This document shows positions 28,320 to 36,687 of a stretch of DNA of 64,000 nucleotides, piece after piece; within the stretch, counting starts at the first letter, position 1, and each line of letters begins with the position of its first letter. The stretch comes from Promethearchaeota archaeon (lineage in GTDB: Archaea > Asgardarchaeota > Lokiarchaeia > Sigyniarchaeales > SOKP01). Location: the NCBI GenBank assembly GCA_048940445.1, contig JBHLON010000003.1, positions 64,001 to 128,000 of the forward strand, read 5' to 3'. Made by a program: the position numbers and the translations under genes. Below the pieces are notes generated by a model. That model did not search any database and was not told the origin of the DNA. It saw nothing but the letters and a program-made list of their open reading frames with translations.

Positions 28320-29837
28320 TTATAATTGTGGACTATTATTAAAACACCATAAATCCTTGATTCCTAGATTATCTCGTATCAAAGGAGTTTGAATTTGGTT
28401 TATATTTTTTAAAAATCCAGAGGGCATGAAATTTATTGCATAGTTAAATGCGGCTCCTATTGTCTGATTTTGGTTTAATTGATCCCAAAACTGATGAAAA
28501 AACCATGAACCAGCAAATCCATCAGGATTATTGTTATCTCGCCAGTACCATGAAAGAATATCAGTTGTAGATGTGATTAATATAGAATTAGGAATATTGT
28601 ACCAGCTTAATCCAATGTTTGAGTTTTGGTTCAAAAAGTTCCCACTAAAACAAATATCAATATTTATCAAAATCCTTTCGCAATTTATTTGTCTAATTAG
28701 ACTAAAAAATTCCAACTCAGTAATATAACTATCATCTGCTTCAAAATGAAACGTAGCATTACCATCTCCTAGAATTTTATTTGAACCGTGATCTACCAAA
28801 TAAATAATTAATTGATCATTTGATTGAATCCTAGAGGCAAAAGAACCTGTGATTGACACATTTAACTCCTGTTTGAACCTGCTAGCATTTACATCATCAT
28901 TTTCGACATCTACATCAGCAAGAGTCCCTGATCTATTTAGATCGTTAGGAAATCCATCAAATGCGTCAATATCGATTATGTTATCTCCAGTATGATATAA
29001 CATTAAAAAAATATTGTCATCTGTATATCCATGAGTTTTTAAAGTCCAGTAAACTTGAAGAGCTTGGGCAGGAAATCCATCTGAGTCTATATTACTCAAG
29101 GGTGGATTTGGGATAGGTGGTGGAAACCAATACTCTACTTTAACATCATCAAAAAGTACCATATCATTACCATTCATATAACCCTCAACTGCTAAAACTA
29201 AATTTAATTGTGTGATTTCATTTAGAGTCGAATTATCGGCAATCCCAGTTACATTCAAAAACATCCATCCCCAGAAACCTCCATATAATCCTTTCGACCA
29301 ATCCTCTCTTACTATACCATTGCTTGAATTCAACCACCGAAGTCCTATTCTTACCCCTGATCCAGGAGGTGTTATAATAGCAGGTGTAACTGGTGGAAAG
29401 TTTGTATTGGTTGTAATATTAACCCAGGCAGTAAGTCTGTATGCAGCAAATTTAAGTAACTCAAAATAATTTGTCCAATTGTATACAAATTCAGTATTAA
29501 CATATTTAGGTTGGGGAGGAGATGTTAATGCATATAGAAATATAAATCCAGGAGTATTATGACCAGGGAGTGAGGTATCAACTCCTCCAGATGCATTACT
29601 AAAATCTGGTATCCACATAGGTTCCCCTTCAATATCAAATTTTGAGTCCTTTCCATTATTAAAGTCAGGTTCCCCATCTTTTCTGTAATAATCATTTGCA
29701 CTACTAAGAATGAGTGCTTTTCTTAAACCATAAGTTGATGGCTGATTTAATGGTAAAATGATAATAACTAAAGCAATAATTAATATTCCAACGAAAAGGA
29801 TTATTATAAAAGGGACGTTCTTCTTTATATTCATCAT
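28320..29837 (-). CDS. membrane-anchored clan CD peptidase (C13 legumain/Gpi8-like) with inserted beta-sandwich domain
   Basis: VYWTLKTHGYTDDNIFLML; catalytic His in IYLVDHG and Cys in IDICFSG. Confidence 0.75.
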   Translation of the reverse strand: MMNIKKNVPFIIILFVGILIIALVIIILPLNQPSTYGLRKALILSSANDYYRKDGEPDFNNGKDSKFDIEGEPMWIPDFSNASGGVDTSLPGHNTPGFIFLYALTSPPQPKYVNTEFVYNWTNYFELLKFAAYRLTAWVNITTNTNFPPVTPAIITPPGSGVRIGLRWLNSSNGIVREDWSKGLYGGFWGWMFLNVTGIADNSTLNEITQLNLVLAVEGYMNGNDMVLFDDVKVEYWFPPPIPNPPLSNIDSDGFPAQALQVYWTLKTHGYTDDNIFLMLYHTGDNIIDIDAFDGFPNDLNRSGTLADVDVENDDVNASRFKQELNVSITGSFASRIQSNDQLIIYLVDHGSNKILGDGNATFHFEADDSYITELEFFSLIRQINCERILINIDICFSGNFLNQNSNIGLSWYNIPNSILITSTTDILSWYWRDNNNPDGFAGSWFFHQFWDQLNQNQTIGAAFNYAINFMPSGFLKNINQIQTPLIRDNLGIKDLWCFNNSPQL

Positions 29838-29903
29838 TTCTCAATAAATCATTTAAATTTTATTTGAAATATTTTTAATCCAAAACTATTTTTTCAAAAA
29901 ACT

Positions 29904-30161
29904 TTAAATTTTTATTTTAAAGATGCTAATTCTTTTGTCAAATGGATCTTTAAATTTTTGAATAAAGTCATATTCTTGCAACTTTTTTAGTGCGTATGCG
30001 ACTGTACGTTTAGGAAGAAGACTCTTCTTTAATATTTGCATTTGATTTAAGGACCCTCGTTCTTTTAATATATACAATATAAATTTACTTGATGGTGATA
30101 AAGAATATAGATTAATTTTCTCTTCATAACTAGAAACTGAATATTTATCTTCTACAATCAT
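29904..30161 (-). CDS. MarR-like winged-helix regulator
   Basis: LSPSSKFILYIL..LPKRTVAYALKKL..DKR pattern. Confidence 0.8.
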   Translation of the reverse strand: MIVEDKYSVSSYEEKINLYSLSPSSKFILYILKERGSLNQMQILKKSLLPKRTVAYALKKLQEYDFIQKFKDPFDKRISIFKIKI

Positions 30162-30492
30162 TTATTTTATCTTTCCAGAGACTAATTATTTGAATATAAT
30201 TCTTCAATTTAATATACTCTTTTTTCTTTAATAAGTATTTTGAATAATAATATACTTAAACGATTCCTTTAATCCTAATTTCGATTTGAAACTAAAACTA
30301 AAATAATGTTTAAATCTGAAACCCTCAATAGAAATTCAAGAGATGAACTTACATTATTGGAAGTTGAAATATATGTAAAAATGGCACTTAATTTTTTATA
30401 AAAAAAAAGATTTGTTAATTAGCGGATGTTCATCTCATATAACACTTCTTTGATCTATATAAAAATTTTAGAAAAGTGAGCAAGCACTCAGG

Positions 30493-31041
30493 ATGAATAA
30501 TAATCAGATAAAATTAGATAAAATTGATTTGAAGCTGATCTCAGTTTTACAAAAAGATCCCAGTTTAACTCATTACCAAATTGCCGAAATTATTAATCGG
30601 AGTCAACCGACTGTAGGAACTAGGGTAAGAAAACTTAAAGAAAAAGGAATTTTACAATTTCAAGCAGGGATAAATTTCAAAAAAATTGGAATTCAATTAG
30701 CAATTGTAAATTTAAATACAAAAAATCCAGAGGAAATAGTAGACATGGTAAATGATTGCCCTTTTATGCTAAATGCGTTTAGGCTAAGTGGAACGTTTAA
30801 TATGTCTGTTTTAATCGCAAATACAAATCTAAGAAAGTTAAATAACGTGGTCGATCAACACTTTAGAAATAATTCCAATGTTCAAAAAATTGTGATAGAA
30901 TTCATAACAGATACTGTAAAAAATTTTATTCTTCCAATTGACATTGATTCTGAACTTATTTTACCAAATTTAGAAGATGGTTGTAGCTCTAATTGCAGAT
31001 ATTGTGAATATAATAGAATAATGAGGTTCAAAAAATCTTAA
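30493..31041 (+). CDS. Lrp/AsnC family regulator with Cys-rich C-terminal tail
   Basis: LDKIDLKLI..IAE..NRSQPTVGTRVRKL; tail GCSSNCRYC. Confidence 0.88.
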   Translation: MNNNQIKLDKIDLKLISVLQKDPSLTHYQIAEIINRSQPTVGTRVRKLKEKGILQFQAGINFKKIGIQLAIVNLNTKNPEEIVDMVNDCPFMLNAFRLSGTFNMSVLIANTNLRKLNNVVDQHFRNNSNVQKIVIEFITDTVKNFILPIDIDSELILPNLEDGCSSNCRYCEYNRIMRFKKS

Positions 31042-31065
31042 ATAATTGAATCTTCAACTAAAAAA

Positions 31066-32085
31066 TCATAAAATCAAAGATTTAATTTTATCGTCTTCAA
31101 TTTTTTTACATGTAATTATATTATCCAATTTTTTAGAGTCAAATCCATAAATTATTGATCCACAGCTTTCTTTCAAGTCTGAATACCTAAGTGTGACTCC
31201 AGCAGCAAAATTAATCGTATCATTATCATATTTTCCTTGAATAATAGTTGTAGGTCCTGGTACTTCTTTAGCTTCCATCATTAAATCTTTTGAATTTTTA
31301 ATTTGAGTTAGCATATTATTTTCGAATTCATTCCTACCTATAATTATTTTAGAATTTTTATACCTAATATGTCTTCCGTATTTAAGAAAATTAATCTCGG
31401 GCATTGCTAAATCTTCATTAAAAGTAATATAGTCTCTCATTCTTCTAGAAAATTGTTTATCGGTTAATAAGCAACCACCACATGCAAAATATTTATTCAG
31501 AAGGCCATATTTTCTTGCTAGTTCGAGTTGTATTTTTCTACTCCTACCCTTTATTCCCATCAATTTAGATCTATCAATTAATCCACTTTTTTCTACATTA
31601 GTAGGTGGTAATAATAAAGCGGACAATGGTCTTAATAACTGACCTGTAAGACCAGATTCATTTTCTACTATTTTTAAAGCCTTTAAATTTTGAGATTTAG
31701 GTCTCTGATCTAAAACTTCTCCAGTAAATACAAAATCTGCTCCCAATTTTTTCATAATTTTCATTGCTTTTTTGAGGATGTAAATCCTACAATCAATACA
31801 AGGATTTAAGTTTTTCCCGTATCCAAATTTTGGATGGCGTATGATCTCTAAATAGTCATCTCCTTTTTGAGCAAATAAAACGGAAATTCCTAACTTTTCA
31901 TAATAGAGATTTAACCCACATTCTGAACTTTTTAATGCTTTATCGCAGATACAAAATGGAGATTTAAAATTAAGTCCGATAACTTCTATACGTTGTAACT
32001 TTATTAATAGCGAAGAAATTAGACTGTCCAATCCTCCTGAGACTAATCCTATTCCGACAATACTTGCATTTTTTTTATTTTTCAC
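31066..32085 (-). CDS. PP-loop tRNA sulfurtransferase (ThiI/MnmA-like, DUF814-tailed)
   Basis: SGGLDS, NPCIDCR, TGEVLDQRP.SQ, GCLLTD and GRN..EN motifs. Confidence 0.82.
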   Translation of the reverse strand: MKNKKNASIVGIGLVSGGLDSLISSLLIKLQRIEVIGLNFKSPFCICDKALKSSECGLNLYYEKLGISVLFAQKGDDYLEIIRHPKFGYGKNLNPCIDCRIYILKKAMKIMKKLGADFVFTGEVLDQRPKSQNLKALKIVENESGLTGQLLRPLSALLLPPTNVEKSGLIDRSKLMGIKGRSRKIQLELARKYGLLNKYFACGGCLLTDKQFSRRMRDYITFNEDLAMPEINFLKYGRHIRYKNSKIIIGRNEFENNMLTQIKNSKDLMMEAKEVPGPTTIIQGKYDNDTINFAAGVTLRYSDLKESCGSIIYGFDSKKLDNIITCKKIEDDKIKSLIL

Positions 32086-32227
32086 GCTATAGCACCATAA
32101 TTTATTTAGGTTAAAAATGTGGGAATTTTTCTTCTTTATTCTTTTAATTAATCTATTTATTATTCAAATAATCTAACCATATTATATTAAGTAATCGGTG
32201 ATTTAAGAACATCATTTTTAAAAAAGG

Positions 32228-32410
32228 ATGCAAAAATTGCATTTAATTATATATATAAAAAATTGTAATTCTAATTAAAAGAAATTAAATTCAATCCAAT
32301 ATTGGATTTTGTCCTCTATTAAACCTTGGTTTAATCTTCCTATTTGAATTATTTTCTTTAATTGAATTTAACTTCTTTTTTACTTTTTTCTAGAGATTTT
32401 CCTGGGAAAA
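32228..32410. promoter_or_regulatory. cluster of palindromes, candidate operators
   Basis: ATGCAAAAATTGCAT 32228-32242; AATCCAATATTGGATT 32293-32308; ATTAAACCTTGGTTTAAT 32318-32335; TTTTCCTGGGAAAA 32397-32410. Confidence 0.45.
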
Positions 32411-32480
32411 CCTTATGAAAGAAAATTTATGAACCAGCAAAAAATTTTAGAGAATTTAAAATCATTATTAAGATAAATTA

Positions 32481-33023
32481 TCAATCAGAATTTCGAATTT
32501 TATTAATATTGGAGCGTCTTGAAATAATCAAGGAGATTAGACTCTTTAAAATAGTAGAAAAAACTGCCAAACAACCACCAATTAATGGTAATATTCCACC
32601 AGAAAGAGTCCAATAATTCCAGAATGATGAGTCCATTAAATTCATTTCGATATAAAAGAATAATACTCCAGAAATCATTAATAGACCACTAACTAGCCAA
32701 AAAATGGAAGAAATCCATACTTTTGACCAAGTTTTAACTTTTCTTAGTAATAATGGTAAAGAATTTATCAATAAGAAAATACAAGCAATTATAATAACTA
32801 ATAAGGTGGTCATACCAACTCTATACAATACACTATCGGTTCCATAATAATCATACTGGGGGCCTATGGGATAATGATCTATCTTAAATCCTAAAAGAAA
32901 ATAATCACTATTAAAACCAGTTTCAGAATGGTGGACAAAAGGAGAAAATACTGATAAAAAACCTAGAATCACTGATATGATATTTAGCAGCCAAATATAA
33001 TCCTTTATATTTTCTAATTTCAT
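32481..33023 (-). CDS. four-TM membrane protein
   Basis: Four hydrophobic helices with a loop after TM1. Confidence 0.7.
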   Translation of the reverse strand: MKLENIKDYIWLLNIISVILGFLSVFSPFVHHSETGFNSDYFLLGFKIDHYPIGPQYDYYGTDSVLYRVGMTTLLVIIIACIFLLINSLPLLLRKVKTWSKVWISSIFWLVSGLLMISGVLFFYIEMNLMDSSFWNYWTLSGGILPLIGGCLAVFSTILKSLISLIISRRSNINKIRNSD

Positions 33024-33188
33024 TTTTCATTATCATTCTCAAATTTCTGAATTAATTATTCTATTAAGAGAGAAGTTTATATAAAAAATTTTACATAAAG
33101 TTTTATAAATAGAAAGTTTATGCCTTGATTTTTTAGATAATTTTTTTTAAATTTTAAATTAAATACTATAAATTGAATAATTAATTTT

Positions 33189-34631
33189 CTATAATTTCTT
33201 ATCTTCTACTTCTATATCCATTTCTATTAACCTTTTTCTAATATAATCGCTGATGTCAAATATCTTTTTTTCTCTCAGTTTCTCTCGCGTTTTGGTCAAA
33301 ATATCGATTAAATCTTTTATTTTTTTATCTTTCTCACTAAATTCTTCAATTTGAACATCACTAAGCTTTTGTTCTATATTCGGAAAAATACCTAAGATTT
33401 CTTCTATGAAATCAACGAATTCGAAAAACTTTTCTTTGAATTTAGTATTTATTTTTATACTTTCTTCGAATATTTTTTTATTTATTTCTCTAAATAGAGT
33501 GAATAATTCTGCTAATGCGACAGGAGTATCAAAATCATCATCCATTGCAGTGATTATTTTTTTTGATGTTTCATTTATTTGGGTTAATAATTGTTGGATT
33601 TGTTTAGATGAGTCATCATTAATTTCAACCTGATTGATTCTTTTTATAGTATTAAATAATCTTTCATAATTTTTACTGGCTTGATTTATATTATCAAGTG
33701 AATAATTTATGGAATTTCGATAATGACTAGATACAAGAAATAAGCGAATAACCATGGGATCAAATTCTTTTAGAAGCTCTGATACCAAGAAATAATTGCC
33801 TAAACTTTTCGACATTTTTTCATCATTAATATTAACAAATCCATTATGGAGAAAATAATTGGCAAAAGGTTTTCCAGTATATGATTCAGATTGGGCAATT
33901 TCATTTCGATGATGAGGGAATTTCAAATCCTGACCTCCTCCATGTATATCAATAGTCTCACCTAAGAAATTTAGAACCATGGCTGAGCATTCTATATGCC
34001 ATCCTGGTCTTCCTTTACCCCAAGGACTTTCCCAGAAAGGTTCACCTTCCTTCATTTTTTTCCATAAAGCAAAGTCTCTAGTATCCAATTTATCTTCTCC
34101 GAAAGCTGTATCTTGATCTCCTAAATAATCTTCATTTTCTTCCTCAACATTACTTTCTTTTACATTTTGCAGGATTGTGTTATATATTGGAAATGTCTTG
34201 ACTGAAAAATAAACAGATTCATTTCTTTCATAAGCATGACCTTTTTTAATTAACTCTTTAATAAATTCAATTATAAATGGAATGACTTCAGTAGCTCGTG
34301 GATTTTTTGTTTCCTTCTTAATGTTCAGAGCTTTTGTAACATCTTGATACTCTTTAATATATTTTTTGGCTAACTCCTGAACATCAGCATTTAATTCATG
34401 GGCTCGTTTTATGATTTTGTCGTCTATATCCGTATAGTTCTTAACAATGGTCACATCATACTTTTTATATTTAAAATACCGATGAATTACATCAAATGCA
34501 ACTGCTGATTTTGCATGACCCAGATGTGGGCTATCATATACAGTCGGTCCACATACATACATTTTAATTTTATTTGGTTCAAGAGTCTTAAATTCTTCTT
34601 TTTCAAATGTCAAACTATTGTATATTCTCAT
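33189..34631 (-). CDS. cysS: cysteinyl-tRNA synthetase
   Basis: MYVCGPTVYD, HLGH, GRPGWHIEC, FPHH and KMSKS motifs. Confidence 0.98.
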   Translation of the reverse strand: MRIYNSLTFEKEEFKTLEPNKIKMYVCGPTVYDSPHLGHAKSAVAFDVIHRYFKYKKYDVTIVKNYTDIDDKIIKRAHELNADVQELAKKYIKEYQDVTKALNIKKETKNPRATEVIPFIIEFIKELIKKGHAYERNESVYFSVKTFPIYNTILQNVKESNVEEENEDYLGDQDTAFGEDKLDTRDFALWKKMKEGEPFWESPWGKGRPGWHIECSAMVLNFLGETIDIHGGGQDLKFPHHRNEIAQSESYTGKPFANYFLHNGFVNINDEKMSKSLGNYFLVSELLKEFDPMVIRLFLVSSHYRNSINYSLDNINQASKNYERLFNTIKRINQVEINDDSSKQIQQLLTQINETSKKIITAMDDDFDTPVALAELFTLFREINKKIFEESIKINTKFKEKFFEFVDFIEEILGIFPNIEQKLSDVQIEEFSEKDKKIKDLIDILTKTREKLREKKIFDISDYIRKRLIEMDIEVEDKKL

Positions 34632-34656
34632 ATTTAATCACCTTAAGAAAAAAGAA

Positions 34657-34759
34657 AGCCAGTGATGGGAATTGTAGATTAGAGAGAATTCCAAAAATCT
34701 TTTGCACCCATGAATAACGGCTCTGCAGGCCGCCTCCTTAACTGCTCGGATACACTGGC
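34657..34759 (-). tRNA. tRNA-Cys(GCA) with a 30-nt intron at position 59/60 (34671-34700)
   Basis: Acceptor stem GCCAGTG/CACTGGC, U73 discriminator, anticodon arm GCGGC-CTGCAGA-GCCGT (GCA at 34724-34726), T-stem ATGGG/CCCAT; spliced length 73 nt; CCA not encoded. Confidence 0.95.
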
Positions 34760-34771
34760 AATACACATCTT

Positions 34772-34824
34772 TGATTTCAACCTCCAGTCCAACCCAATCT
34801 AGGATTGGAAGAGTCATTTAATCA
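34772..34824 (-). ncRNA. K-turn-like structured RNA hairpin 12 nt upstream of tRNA-Cys
   Basis: UGAUU/AAUCA stem, tandem GA/GA, then CUUCCAAUCC/GGACUGGAGG stem. Confidence 0.45.
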
Positions 34825-34984
34825 GGTTAATTTTTTTATTGTTTATTCTTCTTTTTATATTTTAATTTTAATAAATTCTCTATAATAAACTATATAGTTC
34901 AAATTAATCTAAAAGTTTTCTTTTTATAGAACAGAGAAAATATATAAAAATAGATAGTTTAAAATAAATTAATTACGAAAAGAT

Positions 34985-35512
34985 CTATTTTTTACAAACT
35001 TTATTCATACATGAATCACAACAGAGTCCTTCTTTGGTGATTCCACATTTACCAAAATCAAAGTCAAAATTTAATACAAAATCCTCAACAATTTCCGTGA
35101 TAACATCAATAGATACAGAGATGACATTAGGATTTTTTCTAAAATGATGATTTACAATATGATCTAGGCGTTCTAATTTAGGACTGGCCATTAGCACACT
35201 AATATTAGAAGAACCACTTAACTTAAATGCATTTAACATATAAGGGCATTTCTTCACTAAATCAATTATTTCCGAAGTATTTAATGTTTGGATTTCAGCT
35301 CTAGCAAGAAACAAATCAGTTGTTTTAACATTAATGCCAGCTTGAAACTTTAAAATTCCATTTTCTTCTAATTTTCTGATACGCATTCCAATAGTTGGTT
35401 GAGAGCGATTAACTTTTTTAGCAATCTCGGTATGGGTAAGCGTCGGCTCTTTTTGGATTAATTGAATTATATTTCTATCAATATCGTCAATTTCGAATAA
35501 TTCAGTTGCCAT
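34985..35512 (-). CDS. Lrp/AsnC family regulator with Cys-rich C-terminal tail (paralogue of 30493-31041)
   Basis: IDDIDRNII..NRSQPTIGMRIRKL, FQAGIN, CPYMLNAF; tail CGITKEGLCCDSCMNKVC. Confidence 0.88.
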   Translation of the reverse strand: MATELFEIDDIDRNIIQLIQKEPTLTHTEIAKKVNRSQPTIGMRIRKLEENGILKFQAGINVKTTDLFLARAEIQTLNTSEIIDLVKKCPYMLNAFKLSGSSNISVLMASPKLERLDHIVNHHFRKNPNVISVSIDVITEIVEDFVLNFDFDFGKCGITKEGLCCDSCMNKVCKK

Positions 35513-35552
35513 TTTTCAACACTTTTAATATTTTTATATATGTTTATCCTTA

Positions 35553-35616
35553 TTGATATATGTTGATATGCCGATATTTAAATATTTCGGTTGATATATA
35601 TTTCCTTATCAACATA
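35553..35616. promoter_or_regulatory. candidate operator array in the divergent Lrp/ArsR promoter
   Basis: TATGTTGATA (35559-35568) and TATCAACATA (35607-35616) form an inverted pair; TTGATAT at 35553, 35563 and 35591. Confidence 0.45.
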
Positions 35617-35689
35617 AATAAGTTATAATAAGAATAATTAAAAACGACCTTTATGAATAATTTAATTAACAGAGTTAGGAATTAATAAG

Positions 35690-36037
35690 ATGTCAGAAGC
35701 TAACACGGAACTAATTAAACTTTTAAAAATAATCAGTGATGATACTCGTTTAAATATCCTAGAACAATTAAAAGATGACAGTAAATCCTCTAAACAATTA
35801 GAAGAAATATTAGGAAAAAAGCAATCAACGATCTCGCATCACTTAAACACTTTGATTGAGGCTAATTTAATTGAATCTCAAATTAGAGAAATTGATAAAA
35901 AGAATATTAACTTTTATAGAATAAAAAATGAAGAGATACTTAAGTTACTCTCTCAGATAAGAAATTTCGTGGAAAATCTTAACAGTAAAGAATTTTTAGA
36001 GAGAAAAAAAAGAGGATTATATGATATACTAAGTTAG
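35690..36037 (+). CDS. ArsR/SmtB family regulator (no Cys)
   Basis: LKIISDDTRLNILEQL..QSTISHHLNTLIEANLI. Confidence 0.9.
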   Translation: MSEANTELIKLLKIISDDTRLNILEQLKDDSKSSKQLEEILGKKQSTISHHLNTLIEANLIESQIREIDKKNINFYRIKNEEILKLLSQIRNFVENLNSKEFLERKKRGLYDILS

Positions 36038-36073
36038 CTAATTTAAATTCTACTATAGTATAATGGTAATTTA

Positions 36074-36622
36074 ATGACAAAAAAAATTGACAATTTAAAT
36101 GAAAAATCTATAAAAAAGATCATTTTCATTGGTTTAGATAATGGTGGTAAAACTTCTATAATTTTGAGCTTAAAAGGAATTAATTTAATGTCATTAAACA
36201 CTTCAAATCCCACAAGAGGAATTGAAACTTCAAATTTAACGTTAAGTGATGAAAGATTTAATATCTGGGATTTCGGTGGTCAAGAACAATATAGAATTAA
36301 ACATTTAGAGGAATTTAGAATTAACTTCAAAGAAACTGATAAATTGATATATGTTATTGATATCCAAGACCTTGAAAGGTATGACTTGGCAATAAATTAT
36401 CTAAAAAAAATTTTGAATAAAATAAATAAAGGATTTAATCAAATTAAGTTTTCTCTCTTTTTACATAAATACGATCCTAATTTAAAGGAAGTTAAACCTG
36501 AAATTACTGATGCTATAGTGGAAGATTTAATCTCAAAAATAAAAGAGCTTCTTCCTTCCAAATTTTGGGACGAAATCTATAAAACAACAATTTATACCGT
36601 TTTCGAAAGAACAAATGTTTAA
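36074..36622 (+). CDS. Asgard small GTPase, Arf/Rag-like
   Basis: G1 GLDNGGKTS, G2 PT, G3 WDFGGQ, G4 HKYD. Confidence 0.92.
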   Translation: MTKKIDNLNEKSIKKIIFIGLDNGGKTSIILSLKGINLMSLNTSNPTRGIETSNLTLSDERFNIWDFGGQEQYRIKHLEEFRINFKETDKLIYVIDIQDLERYDLAINYLKKILNKINKGFNQIKFSLFLHKYDPNLKEVKPEITDAIVEDLISKIKELLPSKFWDEIYKTTIYTVFERTNV

Positions 36623-36687
36623 AAAAGTAATTAATAACATAATACTTTAATATATAATATAAATTTTCAAACTCCTTTAAAGATAAC

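Noticed and set aside
34772-34824. Bona fide SECIS or canonical box C/D sRNA
   Set aside because: The upstream Lrp ends in TAG with no UGA; the AA is 7 rather than 11-12 nt from the core; C/D and C'/D' boxes are non-consensus. Kept only as a K-turn-like candidate.
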